Origin: Leptonemataceae bacterium
GTDB taxonomy: Bacteria > Spirochaetota > Leptospiria > Leptospirales > Leptonemataceae
Assembly: GCA_965227295.1 (NCBI GenBank)
Contig: OZ245742.1
Location: 192,001 to 256,000 of the forward strand
Length of the DNA stretch: 64,000 nt
Direction of reading: 5' to 3'
Shown here: positions 1 to 9,346 of the stretch, in pieces
Layout of the letters: the number at the start of each line of letters is the position of its first letter
Numbering within the stretch: position 1 is the stretch's first letter
Notes under the pieces: model-generated
The model's input: the letters and a program-made list of their open reading frames with translations, nothing else
What the model was told of the DNA's origin: nothing
Database searches by the model: none
Translations under genes and position numbers: made by a program

Positions 1-33
1 AAAGGCGGAGACGGATTCAATGAGCATAAAATA

Positions 34-945
34 TCAAACTCCGATCCAGGCCGCGCCGAACACGCCGGCGGAGTCCCCCAGCTCGTTCTTAAGAATCGGT
101 GTACGTAAGTTACGGTGAAACGCGGCCTCGCGCACGTAGTCGGCGCCGCGCGAGTAAAGCTCTTCAATGTTCGAAAGACCGCCGCCGAGCACCACCGCGT
201 CCGGATCCAGGGCACTGATGAGTCCGCCGAGGGCGCGACCGAAGTTTCTTAAGAATCGTTCAAACGATTCTACGGCCCGCTCGTCTTTGCCTTCCCGCGC
301 CGCCGCGACGATGTCGGCCATGCGCCGCTTTTCTCCGTAGCGTTGTTCATAGTCTCGCGCCACGCCGGAGCCGCTGATCATCGTTTCCACACAGCCTCGA
401 TTCCCGCACCAGCACTGCGCGCCCTCGGGATCCAGGGACATGTGTCCCCACTCGCCGGAGATGCCGTGGGGGCCGTGGCGCACGCCGCCGTTTTCGGAAC
501 CGCCGATGTACAGACCGCCGCCGCAGCCGGTGCCCATAATCACACCCCACACGAAGTTATGGCCGCGGCCGGCGCCCATGCGGCACTCGGCCATGGTAAA
601 ACAATTGGCGTCGTTTTGCACGGCAATGGGATGATTCAACTCGCGTTCCAGATCGGCCTGGAGCGGAAAGCCGATGAGGCACGTGGTGTTCGCGTTGTGC
701 ACGAGCCCACTTTCGCCGTCGATGATGCCGGGAATGCCCATACCCAGGGTGAATTCACCGGCATTCGGAATCTTCGCGGCGGTGGCGCGCACGAGTTCGG
801 CGATCGTCCGGATGATGGCCTGGTAACGTTCGGGGGTTCCGTCCGGCGGCGTGGGAACCCGCTCACGCGAGATCGTAACGCCCTCGGGGTCGAGGAGGAT
901 GCTTTCGGTCTTGGTCCCGCCGAGATCTATGCCGATCCGGTACAC
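34..945 (-). CDS. ROK-family sugar kinase (fructokinase/Mak-like)
   Basis: N-terminal IGIDLGGTK phosphate-1 motif, NDANC, GTGCGGG, and ROK Zn motif GEWGH...CWCGNRGCVE. Confidence 0.9.
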   Translation of the reverse strand: MYRIGIDLGGTKTESILLDPEGVTISRERVPTPPDGTPERYQAIIRTIAELVRATAAKIPNAGEFTLGMGIPGIIDGESGLVHNANTTCLIGFPLQADLERELNHPIAVQNDANCFTMAECRMGAGRGHNFVWGVIMGTGCGGGLYIGGSENGGVRHGPHGISGEWGHMSLDPEGAQCWCGNRGCVETMISGSGVARDYEQRYGEKRRMADIVAAAREGKDERAVESFERFLRNFGRALGGLISALDPDAVVLGGGLSNIEELYSRGADYVREAAFHRNLRTPILKNELGDSAGVFGAAWIGV

Positions 946-974
946 GGTTGCGTTGAAAATTGCGCCCGGCCTCT

Positions 975-1592
975 TTAGACCTTCGCGGACTTGAAGATTT
1001 CCTCGATCTGCTTCTTGAGATCCGCGGTGGAGAACGGCTTAAACAGCACGGCCGCCGCGCCCTTTTCTCGCAACGTCGCCTCGGTCACGTGATCCTTGTG
1101 AGCCGTGATGATGACTACTTTCGTGTGCTTGAATTCGGGAGTTTCGAAGATTTTTTCGAGGATTTGGATCCCGGACAAACCGGGCATGAAGACGTCCAGA
1201 ATTGCCAGGTCGGGGCGGGACAGCCCCATCTGGATGAGGGCTTCGGCACCGGTGGAGCACAGCGTGATGTTGGCGTCCGGCGCGCTCTCCATAACGATGT
1301 CCTTGATGGAATCCAGCAGGTCCGGTTCGTCGTCGGCGATGAGGATGCGCTGCTTCGAAGACTGGCTGCGCGCGGCCGCGGGAAACTGGAACTTTTCCAG
1401 GAACTCCAGGAAGTCCTCGCGCTTCACCCGGCGATGGCCACCCGGGGTGCGGAAGGCCTTCAACACCCCGCGATCGATCCAGCTCTGCACCGTCTGCGTC
1501 GTTACGCCGCAAATTTTGCTGATGTCAGTGGTGCCGAGGATTTCGGCGAGTTCGGCGACGTTGGGTGGATTCTTTTTACCTGTAGATTTCAT
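975..1592 (-). CDS. Response regulator with N-terminal excisionase/MerR-like HTH (HTH_17) and C-terminal receiver domain
   Basis: TTDISKICGVTTQTVQSWIDRGVLKAFRTPGGHRRV HTH signature; receiver ILIADDE, AILDVFMP, IITAH, FKPF. Confidence 0.88.
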   Translation of the reverse strand: MKSTGKKNPPNVAELAEILGTTDISKICGVTTQTVQSWIDRGVLKAFRTPGGHRRVKREDFLEFLEKFQFPAAARSQSSKQRILIADDEPDLLDSIKDIVMESAPDANITLCSTGAEALIQMGLSRPDLAILDVFMPGLSGIQILEKIFETPEFKHTKVVIITAHKDHVTEATLREKGAAAVLFKPFSTADLKKQIEEIFKSAKV

Positions 1593-1775
1593 TTCCTGAA
1601 CTTATCCCGCGTTCATTTACAAATTACAGGGCCTCGAATATTTTTGCAGCAGAAAATTGAAAAAAGTGGCAATTTTGAGGAGGACCACTTTCGAATATGT
1701 CCCACAAAGCGCGGAGGCAATACCTGATTTGAACCTGTATTATTACTGTCGTGAAATTGTATGGGGCGGTGCATC

Positions 1776-2426
1776 ATGAACGAATCGCATGCAACCGTCG
1801 GCCGCAATCGCCTCTCGGTCCTCGGAGCACTGACCGGCGCCGTTACCCATGAACTCAATAACATCTTCGGCATCCTCGGCCTGCGGCTGGAGAAACTCAG
1901 TCTCGAACTGGAAGGCAACCAGGCGACGGAGCGTGACCTGGAAGTCATCCAGCGCAACGTTGACCGCGCGGGAAGCCTGATCGGCCGGCTCCAGGACTTT
2001 CGCGCCGCGGCGGAGCGGCCCGTCTCTCCGGTTGCGGGAAAGATTAACCTGGCGAAGACCCTGCAACCCGCGGTGGACGCTCTCACGGCGCTCTACGATC
2101 GTAAACTTCCCCTCGATGTACATTTCGAAGACGGCCTGCATGCGGCCTGTGTTTCCGAGGATCTGGCGTTGTTTTTCATGACCGCCGTGCAATGGTTGCG
2201 CCGGCACATTGCCCCGGGCAGTGGAGTGAGCGTGCGACTGACGCAAGACCGGGGCGTGAGGCTGGAACTCAGCGGCCAGGCGGCCGAAACGGAGACCGCC
2301 GAAACTCCGGCCGAGGTCCTCCGTACGCTCCTCGATGCGCTGGCCGCGCATCCGGACAACGGACTCGGCGCATGCGAGCTTGCGCGCTCCGGGGATCGGG
2401 TTACGATAAACCTGCGATTGGAATAA
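1776..2426 (+). CDS. Sensor-less histidine kinase-like protein with degenerate ATPase domain (possible phosphotransferase)
   Basis: H-box GAVTHELNN near the N-terminus; no N, G1 or G2 boxes recognisable; ATG 1776 preferred, 1761 possible. Confidence 0.65.
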   Translation: MNESHATVGRNRLSVLGALTGAVTHELNNIFGILGLRLEKLSLELEGNQATERDLEVIQRNVDRAGSLIGRLQDFRAAAERPVSPVAGKINLAKTLQPAVDALTALYDRKLPLDVHFEDGLHAACVSEDLALFFMTAVQWLRRHIAPGSGVSVRLTQDRGVRLELSGQAAETETAETPAEVLRTLLDALAAHPDNGLGACELARSGDRVTINLRLE

Positions 2427-2427
2427 C

Positions 2428-2718
2428 TCAACCGCGCTCGCGTTCTTCGCGCAGCTTTTCGTTCGCGGCTTCCAGTTCCTGAATGCGCTTAAAGGCCTGC
2501 ATCAGTTCATCGCGGCTCATTTCCTCGACCTCGTCCTTCGCCTCCATGGTTTCGTGGGCTGCAATCATCTCCTGCCGGGTGTACGACGACAGGCGCTCGT
2601 ACATCTGGATGATTTCCGATTGGTTGGCCAGTTCCTGCTCGTTGAGCTTCAGGATGCGTTCGAGACTGGCAATGACCTCTTTCTGCGCCGCCACTTTTTG
2701 TTCCAGGTTCTCCGCCAT
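2428..2718 (-). CDS. Small coiled-coil hypothetical protein
   Basis: ATG overlaps the upstream stop (TGATG at 2720-2716); E/Q/K-rich heptad-like sequence MAENLEQKVAAQKEVIASLER. Confidence 0.7.
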   Translation of the reverse strand: MAENLEQKVAAQKEVIASLERILKLNEQELANQSEIIQMYERLSSYTRQEMIAAHETMEAKDEVEEMSRDELMQAFKRIQELEAANEKLREERERG

Positions 2719-3629
2719 CAATAGACCTCTACGTTCCATTTCCCCGTGAGTTTGAGCTCGTTCTTCCACTCGGCCCAGTCCCGACCGTGCTCCCGACACA
2801 GCGATTCCATAACCTCTTCGATACCGCTTTCCATGCCTTTGAGTCCGCAGATATACATGGCGAAGTTCCCGTCTTTCATGAGCTCCCAGACGTCGGCAGC
2901 ATGTTCGGCCAGGCGATGTTGCACATAGACCTTACCGCCGTCGGGGCGTTTGTCCTCCCGGGAGCGGGCGACAAAGGCCTTGTAGTTCGGCTGATCGTCG
3001 AAGGCGCGCATGTCGTCGTTCGCTCCGTTCATGTACATGAGTTCTTTTTGCGTTTTTACACCGTAGAACAAACGAATCTCGCCCTTCCAACCGGCGTGTT
3101 CATCGTAGATGTGCTTCAGGAACGAACGAAACGGAGCGACGCCGGTGCCCGCGGCCATGAGGAGGAGATGCATGCTCTCGTCCAGGGGCAGCGCGAAGTG
3201 TTTGCCCACCGGCCCGGTGACCTGCACGACATCACCGGGCTTGAGATCGCATATATAATTAGAACAAACCCCGTTGTAGGTAACATCCGGATTGTCCCAA
3301 TGAGGTTCGCGGAGCCGCTTGGTGCACAACGAGACGGTCTCGCCCTGACCGTCATCCCCGCGACGGGCCGACGCAATAGAGTACAGGCGGAGCTTATGCG
3401 GCTTACCGTCTTCGCGGGTTCCGGGGGCGAGGACCCCCAGGGACTGGCCCTCAACGTATTGAAGATTCGCGCCGCGAATGTCCAGGACGGTATGCTTGAG
3501 GTCGTCGGTGCTTTCCGGCAGATGCAGAGGATCGTTCCGTAGAACCGTGGCTTCCAGCGGACCGCTGAGTTTGTAGGTCGAGCTTCCCGGCGGTAGCTCG
3601 TACTTCGCGATCTTCCGCATGGTTTCCAT
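2718..3629 (-). CDS. Ferredoxin--NADP+ reductase, plastidic type
   Basis: KPHKLRLYSIAS, GVCSNYICDLKPG, TGPVG, GTGVAPFRS, YICGLKGM and C-terminal NVEVY. Confidence 0.93.
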   Translation of the reverse strand: METMRKIAKYELPPGSSTYKLSGPLEATVLRNDPLHLPESTDDLKHTVLDIRGANLQYVEGQSLGVLAPGTREDGKPHKLRLYSIASARRGDDGQGETVSLCTKRLREPHWDNPDVTYNGVCSNYICDLKPGDVVQVTGPVGKHFALPLDESMHLLLMAAGTGVAPFRSFLKHIYDEHAGWKGEIRLFYGVKTQKELMYMNGANDDMRAFDDQPNYKAFVARSREDKRPDGGKVYVQHRLAEHAADVWELMKDGNFAMYICGLKGMESGIEEVMESLCREHGRDWAEWKNELKLTGKWNVEVY

Positions 3630-3751
3630 GCCCGCACGCCGCCCTCAGGAATTAAAGAGTTTTTTCATCTCCTTCGAAGACGCCAGGCTCGGTTCACTGT
3701 CGGCAGGCATGGATTCTGGTTGCCGCACGATCCCCGGGTTCATTATGCTGC

Positions 3752-4705
3752 ATGGCGATGATCGAAGTTCAGGGCTTGAGCAAGAGTTACGGCGACTTCC
3801 CGGCTCTGCAGGACGTCAGCTTCAGCATTCAGAGGGACCACGGCATCACCGCCCTCCTCGGTCCGAACGGCGCCGGCAAGACCACCACCATGCGTCTGTT
3901 GACAGGATATCTGGAACCCACGGCCGGCTCCATCCGCATCGACGGTCGGGACCTGGCGGATGAACAGCAACGCCTGGAGATGAAGCGCAACGTCGGCTAC
4001 CTTCCGGAAACGACGCCGCTGTATCCGGAGATGCTCGTCTCCGAATTCCTGGAGTTTGCCGGCCGCGTCCGCGGGCTCAGCGACGACGCCCTGGAGCCCC
4101 GCGCCCGGGACATGATCGAAAAACTGGAACTCGGCTCGCATCTCTACTCGCCCATTGGCATTCTTTCGAAGGGCTTCCGGCAACGCGTGGCCCTCGCCGG
4201 CACGCTCATCCACGAACCCGGCGTCATCATCCTGGACGAACCGACGTCCGGCCTGGACCCGAACCAGATCTCGCACATTCGCACGCTCATCAAATCGCTC
4301 AGTCGCGCCGCAACGCTAATCCTCAGCACGCACATCTTACAGGAAGTCGAAGACATCTGCGATCGGGTCATCATCGTAAGCCGCGGACGCATTGTCGCCG
4401 ACGCGCCCACCACGGAACTGCGCAGTCTGCCGTCCGTGCGCATCGTCGCGCGCAGTACGGCGAACGCGGGCAACACCGAAGAGATTGCATCGAAACTCAA
4501 GGATTCCAGCCTGGTGCGCTCGTGCCGCCCGGACGCGGGAACAGCCACCGTGCCGGACGGTTTCGCGGCGGTGATCTGTGAACTGGAAGGCGATCGACCG
4601 GAGCAACTGTTCGCCCACGTCGCTTCTCAGGGCTGGGAGGTCCGGGAGTTCGCGCCGCTCAAACGTTCGCTCCAGGAAATCTTCGGCGAACTGACCGCCA
4701 ACTAA
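3752..4705 (+). CDS. ABC transporter ATP-binding protein (GldA-like)
   Basis: Walker A GPNGAGKT, signature LSKGFRQRV, Walker B IILDEPTSGLDP, H-loop LSTHIL. Confidence 0.92.
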   Translation: MAMIEVQGLSKSYGDFPALQDVSFSIQRDHGITALLGPNGAGKTTTMRLLTGYLEPTAGSIRIDGRDLADEQQRLEMKRNVGYLPETTPLYPEMLVSEFLEFAGRVRGLSDDALEPRARDMIEKLELGSHLYSPIGILSKGFRQRVALAGTLIHEPGVIILDEPTSGLDPNQISHIRTLIKSLSRAATLILSTHILQEVEDICDRVIIVSRGRIVADAPTTELRSLPSVRIVARSTANAGNTEEIASKLKDSSLVRSCRPDAGTATVPDGFAAVICELEGDRPEQLFAHVASQGWEVREFAPLKRSLQEIFGELTAN

Positions 4706-4737
4706 ACGCGGCTCGCACCGCAAATCATCAAAGCATC

Positions 4738-5484
4738 ATGTTACAGAGTGAATGGAAGATTCTTTACGGCCGCGAATTGCGGAACTACTTCAATACGCCC
4801 ATCGGCTATGTGTTCGCCACGGCGTGTTTGTTCTTTAACTTTCTGTTTTTCTTTCTGGGGCTGATTCCGCCCATCGTCCCGGCCTTCTTCGAAACCGGCA
4901 CCGCGGACCTGCGCGGCTACTTTAACCTGCTGCCGATTACGTTCATTTTGCTCGTGCCGGCCATCACCATGCGCACCTGGGCCGAAGAACACAAGGCGGG
5001 CACCATCGAACTGTTGAGCACGCTACCGCTCCGGGAAGTGGACCTGGTCGTCGCCAAGTTTGCGGCCGCCTGGACCTACGTCAGCGCGTTGATCATCGCG
5101 TCGTTACCGCTGGCGATTTCGGTCTGGTTCATCGGCGACGGCTTCGACTGGGGCAACCTGTTCACCATGTACGTCGGTTCCATCCTCATGGCCGGCGCCT
5201 ACGTGAGCACGGGACTCGTTATCTCGGCGCTCACCCGGGAACAGATCGTCGCGTTTATTCTGATCTTCTTCGTATCGCTGTTCATGTTTCTCACGAACTA
5301 TTATTTAATCATCCGGCAGCACGTGTCGTCCGGCATCGGTTCGGTGCTGGGCTTTTTCTCGCACAGCTATCACTACGCCTCGTTCTCCCGGGGCGTTCTG
5401 GACCTCGGCGACGTTTTTTATTACTTAAGTTTCATGGCCCTGATGTTAGCGATCAACGTCTGGGTCCTCCGGAGTGAGCGCTGA
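4738..5484 (+). CDS. ABC-2 type permease (GldF-like)
   Basis: RELRNYFNTPIGY, PAITMRTWAEE..GTIELL, six hydrophobic helices, FSRGVLDLGDVFYY. Confidence 0.88.
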   Translation: MLQSEWKILYGRELRNYFNTPIGYVFATACLFFNFLFFFLGLIPPIVPAFFETGTADLRGYFNLLPITFILLVPAITMRTWAEEHKAGTIELLSTLPLREVDLVVAKFAAAWTYVSALIIASLPLAISVWFIGDGFDWGNLFTMYVGSILMAGAYVSTGLVISALTREQIVAFILIFFVSLFMFLTNYYLIIRQHVSSGIGSVLGFFSHSYHYASFSRGVLDLGDVFYYLSFMALMLAINVWVLRSER

Positions 5485-7256
5485 TGATGAAACAACTGCT
5501 CGTACTCCTCAATCGACGCTCCGTCGTCTACGTTAACGTCGTGCTGGCGTTCTTTTTGCTCAACGGCGTCTTCGCGCGCTCCGGTTGTCGTCTGGACTTT
5601 ACGAAGGACGGCCTTAACTCGCTGACGGCCAGCACGGAACAGGTCCTCTCGAAACTCGACGACCCCCTCATCGTCGAGGCGTATGTCTCTCTGGGCGTTC
5701 CCGGTGAGTTCCAGAGCGACCTGTTGCCCCTGGTGAGCCTGCTGCGGGAGATCGGTCGCACCGGCGGCGATAACGTGCGCATGACGATCGTCGATCCCGC
5801 GGACGAAGACGAACGCCGCCGCGCCGAAGAACGAGGCGTGCGTCCCATCGAACTCACCCAGCAGAAGGATGCCGAGGCCAAAGCCCAGATTGCTTTCTTC
5901 GGCGTCTATATTCAATACGGCGAAAAGAGCACCGTGCTGAACTTAGTGCAGAACGGTTGGTTCATTCCGGATCTGGAGTACCAATTCTTACGCGAGGTGC
6001 GCAAACTCATGCGCGACGACGATGTCTCCGGCCTCGCCTTCGTGAGCGCGCCGGGCACGGGCACCATGCGCTCCTGGCAGAGCGCCGCCGATCAAAACAA
6101 GGACAACTACTTCGCCTTCAAGACCTTGCTGGAGCGCGAACAGGGCCGGGTCGAAGAGATCGACCTGGCTTCCCGAATCCCCGCCGCCATTCACACGCTG
6201 ATCCTCACGGGCCTGCCGCGCTTCGAAGACGCGGAGGTCTATCATCTCGATCAGTTTCTCATGCGCGGCGGCAACCTGGTCTTTCTCGCGAAGGGCTTCG
6301 ATTTTTCGATGCAACAGCCGGACCCGCGCATGGCGCAGTTCGGCATGTCCGGCGGCGGCGGTCTCGGCTTCGCCACCGTTCCGCAGGAGGACCTGCGTCG
6401 GGTGAACGACTGGCTCGGCCGCTACGGCGTACTGATCAACGGCGAGATCCTCTTCGAGCCGCGCCAGGCTATGCCGATTCTTGATATTTTTGGACAATAT
6501 TTACGACAGTTCAACTATTCGGCCTGGGCCGTCTACGACCGCCGCCAGGGGGACCTGCCCTCGGATCATCCGGCGGTGAAGGACATTGAACAGGTGGTCT
6601 TCCCCTGGTTTTCTTCGCTGGATTTGCGCGAGGCGCAGCAACCGAACGCGAAGTTCGATGTGCTGGTGCAGAGCAGCCCGGGGGTCGTGCGTAGGGAGAC
6701 GTCTTCCATGGACTATGCCGCCGTGGAAGGCGCGGGCACCGAGGCCGCCGACGAGGTCGTGGGCCGCGCGCAGCCCCTGGCGGTGCTGATCCACGGCAAA
6801 CTACGGAGCGCTTTCGCCCGGAACAATCTGCCCGAGGGCGTGGACACCACGCGTTTCCGTGAGGGCCAGGTTGGTGATAGCCGGGCGAACATCGTGGTCG
6901 CGGGTTCGCCGTACCTCGTCTCGGACGTGTTGCTGCGGGAACAGGCCAACGGCGCGCAGATCTTTCAGTTGAATCGTGCTTTTCTGCTGAACCTGCTCGA
7001 AGCCGTGGAAGGCGACACGGCCTTGCTCGCCGCGCGCTCCCGGGTGCGCACCATCTCGCGCATCACACCGATCTCCAGCGACGAGGAAGTACAATCGGCC
7101 TTCGAGACGTTCTTTACCTGGTTCCACGTCCTGGCCCTGCCGATTCTGCTCGCCATCTACGGAACGGTACGCCTGGCGGGCCGCAACCAGCGCCGCGGCC
7201 TGAGCGACGGCGACAGTCGGGACGAACCGGAAGTACAGGCCACGGTAAAATCGTAA
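5484..7256 (+). CDS. GldG-family ABC transporter auxiliary protein
   Basis: RLDFTKDGLNSLTAST motif, LDQFLMRGGNL, C-terminal TM helix followed by basic tail; start overlaps permease stop. Confidence 0.85.
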   Translation: MMKQLLVLLNRRSVVYVNVVLAFFLLNGVFARSGCRLDFTKDGLNSLTASTEQVLSKLDDPLIVEAYVSLGVPGEFQSDLLPLVSLLREIGRTGGDNVRMTIVDPADEDERRRAEERGVRPIELTQQKDAEAKAQIAFFGVYIQYGEKSTVLNLVQNGWFIPDLEYQFLREVRKLMRDDDVSGLAFVSAPGTGTMRSWQSAADQNKDNYFAFKTLLEREQGRVEEIDLASRIPAAIHTLILTGLPRFEDAEVYHLDQFLMRGGNLVFLAKGFDFSMQQPDPRMAQFGMSGGGGLGFATVPQEDLRRVNDWLGRYGVLINGEILFEPRQAMPILDIFGQYLRQFNYSAWAVYDRRQGDLPSDHPAVKDIEQVVFPWFSSLDLREAQQPNAKFDVLVQSSPGVVRRETSSMDYAAVEGAGTEAADEVVGRAQPLAVLIHGKLRSAFARNNLPEGVDTTRFREGQVGDSRANIVVAGSPYLVSDVLLREQANGAQIFQLNRAFLLNLLEAVEGDTALLAARSRVRTISRITPISSDEEVQSAFETFFTWFHVLALPILLAIYGTVRLAGRNQRRGLSDGDSRDEPEVQATVKS

Positions 7257-7262
7257 GTTATT

Positions 7263-8387
7263 ATGAAGGATCTATTCCAGACGATCAAAGCGAACGCCGG
7301 CGTCACACTAACCGCTGCGAACCTGTTGTTAGTGCTGATCCTGGTGCTCCAGTACAATCCCCTGGGCATCTACGCCACGGGTTACGCCGGGGCCGCTCCG
7401 GTCCTGCCGGAGACGGAGCAAGGGTCCATCGCCAGACTCGAGATCATCGATCCCGACTTTTCGGACGTACGCAGCATCACCCTGCTCCGCGGCGACCTGC
7501 TGCCCCGCGAACAATGGAAACAACCGCCGGAAGATGCCTGGATCGGCACACCGACGCCGCGCTTCGCCTGGAAGTTACAGATCGGCCGCGGCGAAAACGC
7601 CCCGGTCTACGACGCCGACCGCGATCGCGTGAACGATCTTTTCGAAGACGGCCTGCAGGAGTTGCGGCGCTACAACGATCTACCGCGCACCGCGGAAAAA
7701 GACCGCGACCTGGAGATGGGCCGGGACGATCAGGGCCGGCCGGAGGGCCTGCACATCAAACTTACGATGGACGGCGGCGAGGAACATATGCTCTACATCG
7801 GCCGGGCGACCCTCCGCGGCGATGAAGGCTACGTGCGCCTGGACGACGAAGATCGCATCTTTCGCGTGGAAGCGAATCTGCGCAGTGTCCTCGGCCCCGG
7901 CGAGGTGGATTATTTTCGCAGCCGCTCGCTCTTTGCCGCGGGCGCCGCGCCCGGCGAGAACGACGTGCTGCGCCTCGACGCCGATTTCCGGGACGAACGC
8001 CGCCAGGACGTGAGCCTGGCCCGTGAGGGCGGTACCTGGAGCCTGCTGAATCCGCCGTTCCCCGGCAAGGTCCAGGAGGAGGCGGTGGATGCCCTGGTGA
8101 ATGACATTATTAACTGGAAAGCGTCGTCGTTTATTAAAGATGATGAGAAAATTTCCGATCTAAACAAAGGTCCGGCGATGACTCTTCGTCTAACGTATAA
8201 GACGGCCGGCAATCTAACCGATCGAAAAAGCATTCACTTCGAAATTCTCGGGCGGCGCGACTTCAGCACTTACGTCGTACGCACGGAGGCCGGTACGCTT
8301 TTGGAGATCAGTTCGATCTACCTGGAGGACTTAGAATCTCCCCGGGAGAAGTTTGTCGGCGAACGCGGGGCCGGGCCTCAGCTCTGA
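7263..8387 (+). CDS. DUF4340-like membrane-anchored protein
   Basis: N-terminal TM; LYIG...YVR...RIFRV...FRSRSL pattern; usual fourth gene of GldAFG-like cassettes. Confidence 0.7.
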   Translation: MKDLFQTIKANAGVTLTAANLLLVLILVLQYNPLGIYATGYAGAAPVLPETEQGSIARLEIIDPDFSDVRSITLLRGDLLPREQWKQPPEDAWIGTPTPRFAWKLQIGRGENAPVYDADRDRVNDLFEDGLQELRRYNDLPRTAEKDRDLEMGRDDQGRPEGLHIKLTMDGGEEHMLYIGRATLRGDEGYVRLDDEDRIFRVEANLRSVLGPGEVDYFRSRSLFAAGAAPGENDVLRLDADFRDERRQDVSLAREGGTWSLLNPPFPGKVQEEAVDALVNDIINWKASSFIKDDEKISDLNKGPAMTLRLTYKTAGNLTDRKSIHFEILGRRDFSTYVVRTEAGTLLEISSIYLEDLESPREKFVGERGAGPQL

Positions 8388-8412
8388 GCACGCCGCGCAC
8401 ATAAGGAAGCAC

Positions 8413-9336
8413 GTGCAGAAGACTGCGAAAAAGACCATCCTGGATTTCTTAACGCAGTCGCTCACGTCGGATCAGATCAGCCGCCTGGCCCAGGACATAG
8501 ATCCCGGTTTCGATCTTTCCAGACTCTCGGGCTTCGACGCCACCATTCGCATTCCAGCTTCGGTCGCCGCACGTTGCGTCCTGGATTTTTTCCCCACCGA
8601 TAAAGAACGCCTGCACTTCATCGCTCAGACCCTGCGCCTGGAAGGCCAGGGTGTCGGCGGCGGCATCATCAGCCTGAAAGGCACGGACCGCCTGCTGAAC
8701 GTCCTGGAAAAAGAGTCCTGGATCCTGGACCGCAACTCCCGACGTTTCGTGCGCGACCAGTCCGGCGGCGCCACGGACGACTGGGGTTACATGCTGGCCG
8801 GTGAGGAGTATCGCCTGAGCTTTGCGTCCATCGACATCGTCGACAGCACGACCCTGGCCGAACAGGAGCGCCGCGAAAACATTGAGTATACGTTGCGCGA
8901 ATTTCAAAACTACGTGCGGCGCTACACCGAGCTGTGGAACGGCCGGCTCTGGCACTGGCAGGGCGACGGCGGCACGGCGGTTTTCGTCGACGCGTCCGGC
9001 GTGCGCCAGGCTGTCATCGCCGTCACGGCAATCTTGCTGAATCTGCCGGTCTTTAACATTCGGCGCAGCACGATGAACGGAGAAATCCGCGTGCGCATCG
9101 GCATGCACTACGGTACGGCCGTCTTTCAGGAGGACGTCCGGGAAATCTTTTCTAACGACATGCGCCAGGCCCAACGCATCGAAAAAGAAGCCGCGCTTAC
9201 GAACGGCATCGCCGTCTCCGGCTCGATCATGGCGCTGCTGGACCGTGAGATCTCGGTGTTCTTTGAGCTGACCGACGACCATCCCATCTCGGGCATTCAG
9301 GTGTATCGCTATCGTCGTGCACCGGGGGCGTCTTAG
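8413..9336 (+). CDS. Class III adenylate/guanylate cyclase-domain protein (divergent)
   Basis: SIDIVDST, WQGDGG and RVRIGMHYG motifs; GTG 8413 follows an AAGGA RBS (ORF track starts at 8353). Confidence 0.72.
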   Translation: MQKTAKKTILDFLTQSLTSDQISRLAQDIDPGFDLSRLSGFDATIRIPASVAARCVLDFFPTDKERLHFIAQTLRLEGQGVGGGIISLKGTDRLLNVLEKESWILDRNSRRFVRDQSGGATDDWGYMLAGEEYRLSFASIDIVDSTTLAEQERRENIEYTLREFQNYVRRYTELWNGRLWHWQGDGGTAVFVDASGVRQAVIAVTAILLNLPVFNIRRSTMNGEIRVRIGMHYGTAVFQEDVREIFSNDMRQAQRIEKEAALTNGIAVSGSIMALLDREISVFFELTDDHPISGIQVYRYRRAPGAS

Positions 9337-9346
9337 GTTAATTCGT

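Noticed and set aside
1-27. Start of a further minus-strand gene (MLIESVSAF) at the window edge
   Set aside because: Only nine codons are visible, too few to support a call.
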